DNA from: Lama guanicoe
Taxonomy: Eukaryota
Assembly: GCA_013239625.1 (NCBI GenBank)
Contig: MU053513.1
Coordinates: 3,516,303-3,580,302, forward strand
Length of the DNA: 64,000 nucleotides
Reading direction: 5' to 3'
Shown here: piece after piece, positions 1-12,914 of the stretch
Position numbering within the stretch: position 1 is the first letter of the stretch
Layout: the number at the start of each line of letters is the position of its first letter
The notes under the pieces: model-generated
Seen by the model: only the letters and a program-made list of their open reading frames with translations
Told to the model about the DNA's origin: nothing
Database searches by the model: none
Program-made: the position numbers and the translations under genes

Positions 1-827
1 TCACAATTTATGGGACTTTATGTGGTATCAGAAAGTAAGAAGTCTTTACTTAAGAGATTGAAAATTAAAGTCAGTTCGTGGTATAGATAAAATTGGCTTT
101 CTGTGTCTATCCAGGTATGTTTCAGTAACAGACCTTTATGATTTCAGTGACTGTGCCATTTCAGTATCCATCCAGTCTCAGGATGGAGCCAGCCCTGCTG
201 GCATCATGAGCCTCAGTTTTGACACTCTCGTCGACTGCCCCAAGGTGATCTCACAGTCTAGTCCCTGAAGGAGAATGACAGGTGGCTAGGAAATTTTCTT
301 TTAGCAATTCAACTTGACTTCCTACGAGAAAACTCTTAACCTCCGCATTTTCATCTTACAAAAGGCATCACAAGGAATTTAGGTAACTCAGAGCTGAGTG
401 GCTGGAGAGTTATTACATGATAAGGATATACTATTTAGGAGATGATGGTCAGAGACATGTAAATGAAAGGAAGAAAGCATCGCTCAGTCTCTCTTTTTGT
501 GTAGAATACTGCATGTTTTTCAATATATCATAGGTTTTTCTATGTTTTACTATTGAGACTTTTGCGTGTGTGTTGGGGGAAGGGTACAAATAATAATGTA
601 GTGAATCCAGAATTTCTTACTTTGAGCCAAGGAATGTATGTTATGTGGGTGGTCTCACACTTAGTGCTAAATTTATCTTTATTGTCTTTGTTGAAATGTT
701 ATGAGAAAAGAAAAAAAATTACAGATATGTATATCCAGAGCTACAACCCCAAAGGCCTGTTTGTGGGCTCAAATTTTTAAAAAAATGCTTGTAATGAAAT
801 AATTTTTACAAATCTTTAAAATACCTT

Positions 828-1107
828 AAACAGCTTTATTGAGGTACACTTTACATTTAATTTAATTCTCTTTAAAGCATATAATTCAGTGGTTTTTAGC
901 ATATGTACAGGGTTGTGAGACCATCACTATAATCTTAATTTTAGAACATTTTTTTTTTTACCATGCTAACAAGGAATCTCTTTAGCATTCACTCCCAACC
1001 CCCCAGCCCTACACAACCGCTAATCTGTCTTTTCTGTTGACTTGCCTATTCTGGACATCTCATGTAGGTGGAATCATAAAATATGTGCTCTTTGGAGACT
1101 GACTTTT
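828..1107 (-). mobile_element. Old L1 (L1MB-like) 3' end fragment
   Basis: Begins 'aaacagctttattgaggta' and includes 'ttgcctattctggacatctcatgtaggtggaatcata', a typical antisense L1M 3'UTR. Confidence 0.8.
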
Positions 1108-1271
1108 CCTAATAACTTTCTGTGTTTGTACAAGATAATTGTTTTAGAATTATTTAACATAGAAATGACTTTGATTTTCTTCTTTAAAAAATTCTATCAA
1201 ATCACTCCTGAGAACACAACTTTAAATCTTATTTTGTCTGTTTTTTTCCAGTCTTTTTGTATTTATTTGTT

Positions 1272-1370
1272 ACTCATTCATTAGTTTGTTAGCAAATTAA
1301 TTTGTTGAATATGTAATACGGATCAGTCACAGCACTGGGCACCAGACATACTGAGGTACACAAGAGGAGC
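1272..1370 (-). mobile_element. L2 3' tail remnant
   Basis: 'actcattcatt...ttgttgaata...cagcactgggcacc' resembles the reverse-complemented L2 3' end. Confidence 0.5.
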
Positions 1371-1499
1371 AGCTTGAATGTTGATGGAATAAGCAATATA
1401 ACCACTGCATTAGTGCTACAGAGGAGTACAGACTGCTTGTGCTACACAATGTGGACCTAATTTAATTGTTCTAAAGAAATTTTTCAATATATGTCTATA

Positions 1500-1665
1500 T
1501 ATATGTATGTTACATAATTGGGATCATACAACATACAAAGTTTAGGATCTTTTCTTGAAACTATATAATGAATATTTTCCCATTTCTCTATATTCTTTGA
1601 GAATGCAATTTTCAATGACTTCATAATTTTCTACTGGATGGATAATATCAAATTTATTGGTAATT
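1500..1665 (-). mobile_element. Ancient L1ME-like 3' fragment
   Basis: 'aattgggatcatacaacatac...aatattttcccatt...ttttctactggatggat...aatttatt'. Confidence 0.55.
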
Positions 1666-3724
1666 TGAACATTTCCTTGAATGTAAACTGCTCACAGTGG
1701 CATTCATCTGAGGTTTGAAGTGACAAAAAGCTTACGGGGGAAAGAGTATGAATTTATAAACAAGACCTGCCAGTTCATTCCTTTTAATATATGTCTGCCC
1801 TGTGTCTTTTGTTTCAGGATCCTTCTAGAATCAGGACTTAGGATTTATGCTCCTAGAGATAAAAACCACTCTCACTGCTTTAGGATATTTGGGAAACCTC
1901 AGAGAAATCCAATATAAGAGATAGGAAAGACGACTGCTGAGTGTTCATGGGCCCCTCTGGACTCAAGAACTCTCAGATTGAGAGTTCTTTTTGGACTTAG
2001 CATAGATACTTGGGTGATTGTTGGGAAGTTAGGGTCAGGGGAAATATTACTGAAAATCAACTTTTTAAAGAAATGGTGACTCCACAACCATTGATGTTTA
2101 GGAAGTAATCTCTTTTTTACTTATGAGTTTATTTGGTTTTTGTTTTTCTGTCCCAGTTTTCCATTTCTCCTCATTTTAGTCTGTTTCTATGTGCTCCCAT
2201 CTTGTTTAGACATGCCTTCTGGTTCTCTGAGATCATCTCTTTCGTGCTCAGGTCAGACACATGGTCACCTGTCTCTCACTGAGGTCAAAGTCATCCAAAC
2301 AGAAACCCTTTTCTGCTGGTTTCTGGCTTTTCTCCTACCTCAAGTATTACTATTTTCTTCCCCACTGTTGTCTTCCATCTTGTGTTTTCTTGAGCTGTTT
2401 GCTCTACTTCCATTCTAACTTTTTTGGGGTCATAAGGTCTCATTTTCCGTTGAGGGGTAGAGCTGCTCCCTTTCATTCTGCTGTGCTCTGGTGTCTGTGC
2501 TGCTTCTCTCTTGCTGTATTAATATGTGTTTCACCTTGGCTCTGTTCGATTGTGTTCCTGAATTTATGCAGTAGCTTCTCGCACATCGTGTGTAAACCCA
2601 CGGAGGGCAGAGAACTTGGAAGGAAAGGGAAGGGACAGCTGCTATGGTCACTGATGGAACAGCAGCTCCAAATGGAGAGTCATTTAGAAAAGGGGCTGAC
2701 TGAAAAAGGGAATTTCCCTAACATGTGGCCTGTATTAAGAAGTTCCCTGGCTTAAGTCCAGAAATTCATCATTGTTTTCAAAGAAGACCTCTAAAAATAG
2801 GCTGGTGCTCCAAGTATGGTTATTTATAGAGTCACACCTGATTCCTCCGGTGAGCAGAAGTGACTATTTTAGAGATTTGTAATAAGGGAGATATTCTGGA
2901 AGGCAGCTGCTCAGAGTCACTTGGAAATAGGTTTTAAAAACTTCACACACACATTATGCTTCAATATTCCATATGGCAAAAATGGTTGTTTAAGAGCTCT
3001 TACCCTAGCTTGCAAGAGGAGAGGGTCATAGAGTCAATTTGACTTAACTCATTGTAGGGCTGTTACATGCCATATACTGTGCTACTGTGAACTTCTAGGT
3101 GAGTGGGTGTACATAGTACCCGCCCTGGTCATAGTCTAATGCAGAACTTGCATCATCCATCAGCTCCTTCAGTTATTTATGCAGCATGAATGAACAAATT
3201 CTTAGACCTTCGTTTCAAGTCGTTCACAGCCAACTGTTGCTTACTGTCCATGGGAACGCATGTTTTAGAAAAGGGGTTTAGGAACTCACATTTTACATGT
3301 AGAAAGAATGGTATATATATAAAACCATTACATACTATGGTATGTAAAATTTCAGATGGATAAATTTCAGATTTCAGATTAATGGAAAATTTCTGACCAA
3401 GAGCTTTTCATAAGTGGCCCTGATTACTATACATGGAAAGTTGGAATGGATTATTTCTAAGGCCCTGTTTAATTGTTTAAGAAAATGTTTTCTGATTTTA
3501 TTCATGTCTGTTTTATCAGTTGCTCTGAATCTGTAACAGTCATACATCTGGAAGATATTTACCTAACTCAGATAAGATAAAATTAAAGTTTCTATACCCA
3601 AACATCACATTTTATTTTCAGTTATAATAGGTATCCCCAGATAGTACTGGACACATAGTCTGGGTTTGTCCTTATATATCAGCGTAGCTTTTTGGCCCTG
3701 AGTAATTATATCAAAATAACTTAC

Positions 3725-3778
3725 CTTTATTCACAGTTGAGTATTTAAATCAGAAGTCTGTCGTTACCTTTGCATAGT
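3725..3778 (-). other. Candidate 54-nt exon (non-coding or terminal)
   Basis: Minus strand reads 'gtttatttcag|ACTATG...GAATAAAG|gtaagt'. Stops occur in all three frames. Confidence 0.25.
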
Positions 3779-4079
3779 CTGAAATAAACTGCTTAGTTGG
3801 TGCAATCAGTATGTCTTCTGATGATGTGTAAATGTTTCAAAATACTAATTACCTAATTAAGTACCAAAAAATAATTTTGTTCCACATCAAATTTATGTTG
3901 GTAAAGGAGACAGATTAAAATGATTATCTCAGATTAGAGGGGAAGGAGTTTAAAAAGAAAGGAAGCTCTTTCATTTAGTGTCTCATTTTTCACTTGGACA
4001 CCACATCAGTGTTTCCTTCAGCACAGAGTATCTGAATATTTCACATGATGATTATAAAAGTCATTATAAAATGACTTAC

Positions 4080-4147
4080 CTGGAAGTGTAACACATTTGT
4101 ACAATTGTTGTCACCCTCAGAATCTTGGAGTGCCGGACAAATGTTGG
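4080..4147 (-). other. Candidate 68-nt exon
   Basis: Minus strand has a branch-like 'ctgat', then 'cattcttctacacttgtctttcag|CCAACA...CTTCCAG|gtaagt'. Both splice sites match consensus. Confidence 0.35.
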
Positions 4148-5051
4148 CTGAAAGACAAGTGTAGAAGAATGTGGATCAGCCCTGAAGAGCTCGGAGGTTA
4201 GACTCAAAGAAGTATAGAGTGATCACGTTTTAGCTAGTGATGTTTGGTTCTGGTAAATGTAGCAAAAGAGACAGTAAACAGGAGCCAACCAGAATAGTTT
4301 TTTTTTTTTTAATATTAATAGGGACACGGTGTAATTTGAATAGAAAATGATAGTCTAGTAGTGGTCCCTCATATAGTATTGACTAAAAAATTAGAGTATA
4401 TTCAATATACTCATCATGCAATGAAAAGAAGGGTGATATGAAAAGTATAATTTTTCCTTCAAAAGCTCCCTTTTGAATTGGAACTCCTCCCGTACCTCTA
4501 GTTATGTGCCGATCAGTATTGCTGAATAGCATCCATTTTTAAGGGAGTGGTTGGCCGTCTTTAACTGGGAATTTAAATCTAATTATAATTGTTTTGGATA
4601 TATATAAGAAAATTCACATATTTTTGCTAGTATATGCTGTTTAAGATAAGCTTTAAATTTACTGTTGCCCTCAGTTACATTTCTTCCATAAACTCAGCAT
4701 GTTTTACTTAAGCTTTTATGTTATGGAGAGATTTATATCATCCATTATCTAGTAAAAATAAAGTCATAGAAAACGTTGCACTTTACAACATCCTTAGACT
4801 ATGAGCTCTATCAGTAAAATATCTAACAATAATCTGAATTTGAGAAGCGGAATGATTGGATTCTGATAAACGAATCCCTCTATTAAAATGCAAGTGCGTT
4901 TGGGAAATGTGTTACGCCAATTCATCTAATTCAAGATGAGTTTTACATCAAACTTATAAAAGTTGGCCACCTACACTGTTGCTGTGGAACTTCTTCCTTC
5001 TGTTTAATGTTACCTGTGTAGTTCAGATCTGAGTCTCTCTAACAGCACCTG

Positions 5052-5240
5052 ACCTGGAGCCAGAAGATCTAGGTTCCAATTCTGGCTTCATTGATTACTA
5101 ACCCTGTGACAGAGCAAGAGGAAACTCAGGTTCAAGGTTCTCATGTGAAATGAGCCTAACAATATTATCCTACCCAAATTGATATTTGTTGTGAGGATCA
5201 AATAGAATTAGGTAAGAGAATGGCTAAAAGAGCTCTGAAT
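5052..5240 (+). mobile_element. MIR SINE
   Basis: 'ctggagccagaagatctaggttccaattctggc...ctgtgac...gttgtgaggatcaaatag' matches the MIR core. Confidence 0.75.
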
Positions 5241-5409
5241 ACGGTAATCACTCCAAGTAAGTTAATAGTAAGAATAAAGTAGGCAATGTTGCCAAGTGCA
5301 TATAGAAAAATTTCTTTATTTTTCCAACACGAGGTGATGTTACTGGTATAAAATAATATGGAATATGACCATATAGGTGTCCATTTCTCTCCTCACCCCT
5401 CTTTGCCTA

Positions 5410-5700
5410 AGTAGCTTTACCTCGTCTTCCTTAGGAGAATCTTACCTGACTGCTTTCCCTTCCACTCCTACCCCATCACAATCGTTAATTTTGTACGACC
5501 TCCGTTATACACTCTAACCTAACACTTAACTAGAATTCTACGCTGCACATATCACCCTTTGCTATGGTTACTTGTGTGCACGTTTGATTGTCTCTCCTAT
5601 TAAGTCCTGAACTTCGTAAGAGTAGGATCTTGTTTGCTTTGCTTACATCCCTGAACTCCAACATAGCGTGCAGCACCAACTTACCACTGAATGATTATTG
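5410..5700 (+). mobile_element. L2 3' fragment
   Basis: 'gtctctcctattaagtcctgaacttcgtaagagtaggatcttg...catagcgtgcagcac'. Confidence 0.6.
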
Positions 5701-6189
5701 GGTAGAAGTTTCAGCTGTTTACATGCTTATCTAAATCAATTTGAGTCACTAACTGAACAGTTGGGTTTAGGACTGCTCAAAGACTCCACACGGTAATCTG
5801 CAGAGACGAAAGAATAGTAATTCTGCTTGAACGTGGATTCATTATGTTTGCTCTAAACCCAGATTCAAATTGCCATCTTTGGGGTCCTAGGTTCAAAGTC
5901 AATTCGATTCTTTTAATATTACATGAAAAGGATTTCTGGTTGTAGTACTATTTATTGAACTTCAGTCAGTCATCTCAGAGGTTGAAAATTTTCTGGTTGT
6001 AAATAACTTTTGGGTCAATTTTTCATTATTCATTTATAAAATAATTCCTTAAGGTAAGATTACATTTTCAGAGAGAAATCCACATCTTAAGGCTTTTATT
6101 TCCCTACTTGAACTCTGCTTATTTACATGAGAACATTTTTGGATTTACGGAGGCCAAGCCACAGCACATCAACAAAGTCGACTGCACAG

Positions 6190-6353
6190 GACCCAGAGGT
6201 GTATGAGTGCCTATCACAGCTCTGCACATAACTTCTCTGTGGCCTTGTGCCAGTCAGTAAGCACTTCTGGACTTTAATGTCCCAGTCATGTAATTGGGAT
6301 TACAATATGTGTCTCTTCCCCGCCTCACTTGAATGGTGAGAAGATTAATGAAG
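6190..6353 (+). mobile_element. MIR SINE
   Basis: 'cagctctgcacataacttctctgtggccttgtgccagtca...gtgagaagattaatgaaga'. Confidence 0.65.
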
Positions 6354-7341
6354 AGACTGACTTGACCCTACCAGTGAGAAAGAAGTAAATCACTTGCTTT
6401 TTAAGGGGTTCATTAACTCTTGGAAGCTAGTAGCTATTCAGTGCTTGGAAAATATAATTTACTAAATGACCCCAGGTTAGCCTCAGAGATGTAATGCACC
6501 TCCCCAAAGTGAGAAATTGTTCACTTCTTGCTGGCAAGAGCAGGCATTCAACCTTGTATATCACTTTGCAGGTTTTAGTTCCATAAATGTGCATATTAGT
6601 CACATCACTCTGTTACTACCTGACCTTATAAAAATAATGTTGGTGTGATTATACTGAGAATAGATTAAAATGAATTTTACTGGTAATATTTGTACGAATG
6701 AGAAACACTCCACTGTACTTGATATTTATGTTATTTTGCATTCCTAATTACATTTTGGGGGGAAAATGTTCAAGTGAGTTCTAAAAACACATTTGCTTTT
6801 ATCACAGCAGTGTTTGTGCAATCATGCCCCACCAACAAGCTTTATGTATTTTTTAGTTAACTGATTTATCTATCATGTAAATGTCTCTAAAACATGTTTT
6901 ATGTTAAAAAAAAGAAGTCACCATACTTGAAAAGTTTAGAAAGTACTGTCCAGTAAAGAGTCCCACTATGTTTAGAATATGAATCTGGGTATATTTAGCA
7001 TTTCTGTTCCTGGCTGTAACAAGATCTGTGATACTATTTTGAATTTTCCCCATTGAATCTACCACTTCGGTTTCATTAACTAATTTTCTGATCTTTTTGG
7101 ATCAAGATTGGGTCCATAGAGCATGTATCTTTATTCTTCCTTCTAACTTCTTAGGCAGGGACTCTCATCACTGCACATTAAGAATTTATTAGATGTACCG
7201 ATTTTTAGCAAACAGACTTCTTTGAGCTGCCTAGCTATTTGAAGTCCCCCATAATTGCATATCTTGAGACAGTATATGTGAATGTGTTTAGACAATGTCT
7301 AGTAGCTACATAGTAGATGTTCAGTAAATCTAAGGTTTTTT

Positions 7342-7699
7342 TAAACATTTTTTATTGATTTATAATCATTTTACAATGTTGTGTCAAATTCCAGTGTTCA
7401 GCACAATTTTTCAGTCATTCATGGACATATACACACTCATTGTCACATTTTTTTCTCTGTGGTTTATCATAACATTTTGTGTATATTTCCCTGTGCTATA
7501 CAGTGTAATCTTGTTTATCTATTCTACAATTCTGAAATCCCAGTCTATCCCTTCCCACCCTCTACCCCCCTGGTAACCACAAGTCTGTATTCTCTGTCCA
7601 TGAGTCTATTTCTGTCCTGTATTTATGTTTTGTTTTTGTTTGTTTGTTTTTGTTTTTTAGATTCCACATATGAGCAATCTCATATGGTATTTTTCTTTC
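7342..7699 (-). mobile_element. Young 5'-truncated L1 3' end with 17-bp TSD
   Basis: Perfect TSD 'taaatctaaggtttttt' at 7325-7341 and 7700-7716. Body: 'ttttacaatgttgtgtcaaattccagtg...ttccctgtgctatacag...ggtaaccacaagtctg...agattccacatatgag'. Confidence 0.92.
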
Positions 7700-7872
7700 T
7701 AAATCTAAGGTTTTTTGCCTTTAAAATAGCTGCATCAGGAGTGTGACATTTACATCCTCCAAGTGGCCAAGCAGCCTGTGGTATATGCCCCGAGTGGTAT
7801 GGGGTCTCTTTCTTCTTTTATCATCTTCCAAGTTTTCTACCAATTACTTTGCCATTTCTCCAGTCTGGGGTC

Positions 7873-8200
7873 GTTTTGTTGTTGTTGTTGTTGTTGTTGC
7901 AAAACACAAGTGAGTTTTAATTCACAAAGGATGAAAACACAAAACATTGATCTTACTGTACATACAATATTATAATAAGCTGATTAGCTGTAGACTAATA
8001 AAACATTTGAGACTTCACTTACACATATGTGTACTTTGAAACAAGAAACACAGGACAGTTTCAATCTTGGATGTGTCCATAACTACCAAGAGAAAGAACA
8101 TCACTGGTTTGAGTCTAATTGTTTCCTGGCATACAGTCAGTATGCAGGCCACGTTTAAAGCATACCATATACATTTTCATCTCTGAAATCTAGTTGCCAA
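7873..8200 (-). pseudogene. Candidate processed-mRNA 3'UTR fragment, parent gene unidentified
   Basis: Minus strand: TGTA motifs, then ATTAAA (7921-7916), 17 nt ending in GC, then an A-rich (AAC)n tail. The body does not resemble any TE I recognise. Confidence 0.45.
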
Positions 8201-8230
8201 TTTACCCTATTAAGTTTGGGAAATACATTA

Positions 8231-8575
8231 CAGTCATCTCTAGGTATCCCTGGGGGACTGGGTCCAGGATCCCCTCAGATACCAAAATCCACAAATGCTG
8301 AAGTCTTTTATATACAATGATGTAGTATTTGCACATAACCTATGCACATCCTCGTGTATACTTTACATCATCTCTAGATCACTTATAATACTAAATAAAA
8401 TGTAAATTGTATGTAAATAGTTATAAATGTAATGTAAATGAGATGTAAATAGTTGCTGGAGTGTGGCAAGTTCAAATTTTGCTTTTTGGAACTTTCTGGA
8501 ATTTTGGGGCATATTTTTGACCTGTGGTTAGTTGACTCTGTGCGTGCAGAACCTGTGGATAGAAAAGGCCAACTG
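8231..8575 (+). mobile_element. MER2/Tigger2-family non-autonomous Tc1/mariner element
   Basis: Starts 'ta|cagtcatctctaggtatcc', includes 'gataccaaaatccac' and 'gtagtatttgcacataacctatgcacatcctc', ends 'gtggatagaaaaggccaactg|ca'. Degenerate TIRs and a TA-type target site. Confidence 0.88.
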
Positions 8576-8579
8576 CATT

Positions 8580-8880
8580 TCCTTTGCCTAGAACACCCCT
8601 GTTCTTTCTGCTCTTTCAGATTCTGTTCAAGAACCACCTACTCTAGCAAGCTTCCCCTACCCTTTCTGGTTTGAGTTAGATGTCCCTCATCTCTTATTTT
8701 ATAGAAATCCATATGCATGTGGGTATATAAAATGCTATAATTGTTACTTTCCTAAGCTGTGTCATCCACTAGACTGTCGGTCTCAGCCACTGAGCTTTTC
8801 AGGCACCGTATTTCATCTCTGTAACTGGCCTTAATATGTAATCAGCATTCAGTAAATATCTACTGATCCAATAAATAAAT
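8580..8880 (+). mobile_element. L2 3' fragment
   Basis: 'ttcctttgcctagaacac...ccactagactgt...cattcagtaaatatctactga'. Confidence 0.6.
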
Positions 8881-10162
8881 TGTATTTATTTCCTTGTGTT
8901 AGTATCTCAGATTTATTACTCATTGTGCTTTGGAGTGTAGACATCTCAGATCATAACTCTTATTTCTGCCTCTCCTTTACAAACGGATTTCTCCTGTAAC
9001 TTATTGAGCATTTCCTCCACTGCCAATCTTTTTCCAATATCATTCATGTCCTCCCAAGTAACCATTCTATTTTTATATTTTAACTGAGCATTTTTACTGC
9101 ACCACTTTCATTTCCCATTTCTATCCTTTCTGATCAAAGCTGTAAATTCCTGAGCAAACATATTGATTCATCCAGTTTTTACGAGATGTGTTTTTTCCCC
9201 AACTCATTTTCATCATTTTGATACCTTAAACTATCTCAGAAATCCAAATCATTTCTGTAATCTCGTAACTATTCATTTCTTATACATTTTTCTCTTCCCA
9301 AACTCAAACTTTGAATTTAGGTTAAAAATACAGCCCTGGTTCCCAACGCTTCAAGTTTTCTGTTGGCATAGATACTTTGTAGATTTCTCTTGATAAAACA
9401 TCCTTCATCTTACTGTGAAACACCAGGAGTGAGACATGGTATGTGGGTGTGTCCCAGAAAGATCAACACTTTTGAGGGTCTGTGTCAGTCTGTCCAAGTC
9501 ACTTCCAAACTCCACAGCAAATAATATCCCACCACTCCCTCCGGCTCCCCAGCTTCATCACTGCCACAGTGGCATATATTTCCTTCAATTCTCCAAGGAT
9601 GATTTATTTAGGTTTCTTCAAAGGATCCGGAAAAACCCACTGTGGGTTAAAATATCAAAGGGATGGCATAGTTCAAATACTTTGGCATTTTTTTCACCCT
9701 CTTGTCTAATTCTTTGTATTAACCCCTTTCTCAACAGTGATTATGATTCTCAGAATATTTTATTTCCTTTCCATTTGTAGTCTTTTCCTTATCTGAAGAA
9801 GAAAGTTATCATTCTCTCTGACAAACTGGGGAATATAGAGGTACTTTTCTAGTTACAGAAAATTTTCGTGCATTCCTCTATTAGGCAAAGAAGATAATGT
9901 TTTAGTGACTAACTTCAACTTTTACGACCAGTTGGCACATTGATTTTATAGGTACTGGTTTCAAATTAGTTTCCAGTCTTGATATACTTTATTTTGTGCT
10001 TGATACAGAAGACTGTGATTTTTTTTGGTCGAAATGGAAGGAGAAGAAAACATTATTTCTGTGGTTTCTACATTTTATCTGTGAAACTTTAGAAATTTTA
10101 TAGATGTGGAGTTAGGACCGTGATTGCAAAACCAGTTTTCTCTACTCCTATGTTCTGTGCTA

Positions 10163-10400
10163 TTATTTTAATAGTTTTTAAGTTGAAAATACATGTAGAA
10201 AAGCATATACTTTATAAGGCTACAGATTGATGAATTATCACAAAATGAACACATTCATGTAATCACCACCACCAACAAGGAACACATTTTTAGCCCTCTC
10301 AGAACCCTTCCAGTGCCCCTCCTAATCACTACTACTTCCCCTAAAGGTAACTAGTATTTTAACTTCTAACAACATTGATTACTTTTGTCTATTTTTATAA
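10163..10400 (-). mobile_element. Old L1 (L1MC/MD/ME-like) 3' end
   Basis: 'gatgaattatcacaaaatgaacacattcatgtaatcaccacc...aaaggtaactagtattttaacttctaac'. Confidence 0.75.
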
Positions 10401-11144
10401 CCCAAAATTAAAATTATGAGTGTGAATTTCCAATTTGTAAAATAAAATAAACCTTGGGGGAAATGGAAATTTTGTATATTTATCTTAAGAAATCTTTATT
10501 ACACACATACACACGCATTTATCAAGTCACTTTGCTGACTTAGAGTCATAAACATGTTCTGGATGGCTTGGTTGGGAGGTAAGAAAAGGATTGAAACAAA
10601 AATTTTACCTCAAAATATAGGGGAAAATATATAGCATTCTGAGAAATGAAATGTAGGTGTTTTAAAAAATTTTTTTCCTCTTTAAAAAATATTGTACATT
10701 CTGTAAGATTTTTGCATCTTTATTCACTCAGGGTGCTGCTGGTGGGGGACTAGCCTGGCTGAATGATATTGCTGGAGTCATTCTGTGACCATTTATGCAG
10801 ACATGGTTCCTCTTTCCTTGCAACCTAAATATTATGGCAGACTAATAACTGTGTCAACGTGTGAGAACTTGGTTTTACAAATGGACAATTTGAACAGAAC
10901 ATATATAACTTCAGAGGTTTATAAGGTGAATGCATTTTTTGAAAGGCATATGACTCAAGTATGAGATTTTGACAAATACAAGTTATTAATACATATTCAC
11001 ATTATTAAGGAGAAGAATTAATTAATATTACTTGAGGGGAAATGTTAAGAAAGGGTGGAGTTGATGTGAAACTGTTTGGGGACGTCCATGTGTTTTTGTA
11101 ACTATACCTGTGTCTGAGTGTCATTGAGAATCAGACATAGTGGC

Positions 11145-11335
11145 AGTGATACCTTTGATTCACGTAACACTTCTACCTCTCACATTGAACTTTAATTTCA
11201 TTTAATTCTCAGAATAACCCTGTGAGATAGATGAGAAGAGGATGAGGAAATGAGGGCTCAGGAGAGGCTGAGTGATGTGAGGACCAGCCAAGCCCAGAGT
11301 CCTTTCCGGAGCTCTCAGTGCCAGGCTTGTCCATC
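11145..11335 (-). mobile_element. MIR SINE
   Basis: 'tcatttaattctcagaataaccctgtgagatag...gatgaggaaatgagggctcaggagaggctgagtga'. Confidence 0.75.
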
Positions 11336-11751
11336 ACAGTTCCTGAATTTGTTCAAAAATTATGCTAAAGCCCCACTTGAGCCACTTTTGAAAAAGTAAT
11401 TCTTCCCAAATCAGTTTACAGGCCAAACATTTTTTTCTGTTTTAAAAAGTAGGGATCTTAAAATGTATCCTTATCCTCGTGCGTGAATATTAATTGAGGA
11501 TCCACAGGGTGGTTGGCACTGTAATTGACTAATTTCATGTGAGTTCAGACTTCCCATAAGGCAATGATAAAGCAAAATGCTGCTGGCTAGAAACATGCTG
11601 TCAGATAGACAGGCAAAAATATTTTTTTGTCCTTTGATCCGTGTTGTTTAGTCTCATTGAGCTAAAATTTTACCTCCCTTTGCAGGCACATAAGACATAG
11701 CAGGTGCAGAACTACCACTGATTTTGAAAAAAGCTCTGTGCTCACAAAAGC

Positions 11752-11755
<4 letters not shown>

Positions 11756-11783
<28 letters not shown>
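11756..11783. repeat. (TG)14 microsatellite
   Basis: Read directly from the sequence. Confidence 0.97.
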
Positions 11784-12914
11784 ATATAATACAGAATTTG
11801 TCCATTTATTTGGTGCATCAAAATTGCTGCCTTCCCTCTGCTGCTTTTGTTAATGAAAACTATTGTTGGCACTTCACTGGATACCATGTGCTGATTTCCA
11901 CACTTGCTTTTAGGACTTGAATTTATCTTATGTATTGTTTCATCACAAAGAACTTCAGTAATTTTATTCTCATTGTATCTGAATGATCAACTTTGTATGT
12001 GTAACTTGGACTTGTTATATCCATTTTTAGCACATGTGTGCCTAGAGAGAAAGCAGGTTTTTTAAAGAGAACAACAGAAGTTGTTTATTTTGCTGTATAA
12101 TGCTGTTTTATTAAGCATTTGGTTTTGGCATTATTCATTGGCATCTGTCACTTCTCTATGCCTGAGGCTTTTAGTTCAGATAACAATTCATCGGAGAAGC
12201 ACAATTATTCAGCAAGAAACCTCTGTGCAAGAACCTGGAGTGTAAACTATTTCAGCTGTCTTTTGGGGGTGATGTGGCCGCTTACCGATGACTATCAACC
12301 ACCAACCTCCGTGGCTCATGAAACTCATGACTGGGAGGTTTTACTTGTAGGCATTACTTGATCATGTTTCTTTCATTTTAATGAGAAAATGGGTGTGAAA
12401 GTGCTCTGAGCTTTACTGAATGCTTAGCAAACATTAAAGTATTGCTATTATCAGTTATGCCTACCAGAATGCTCACCTTCATAATGTGAGAGTAGCTTGA
12501 AAAGGGAGTGAGATCTGGTATCTTCAGTTTTGTGCAAGTTGAGGGAATGTAGTAACAAAATCTCAGCTGACAGAAATATCTAACCCATTATCTATTTTGT
12601 TACTGCCTTACAGACTTTCAGTGCTTGGCAAAGGGGGATAAGAGTTGAGGAGGGGCAGAGGAATCAAGAGATAAGACGGAAATAATTCCTCAGGAGACTT
12701 TCACTAAGATGTGGTGGGAAGGATGGCTCTTTGTCTCTCTCTCTCACCCTATTAATCTGTACTTGTATTGTCTTTAAATGTTCATTAGAGCTAGTGATTG
12801 GAGCCTTTTACTAAAATTAAATTTTCTCGAGTTACCTTATATAACAATGCAAACTACTAATTGTCTAAGGTTTACTTAGTACCCTGAAATTACTATAGGA
12901 TAAGGAGAGAGAAT

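Noticed and set aside
2261..2755. 164-aa ORF, the longest in the track
   Set aside because: Phe/Leu/Cys/Ser-rich translation of T-rich DNA with no recognisable domain or exon structure. Chance ORF.
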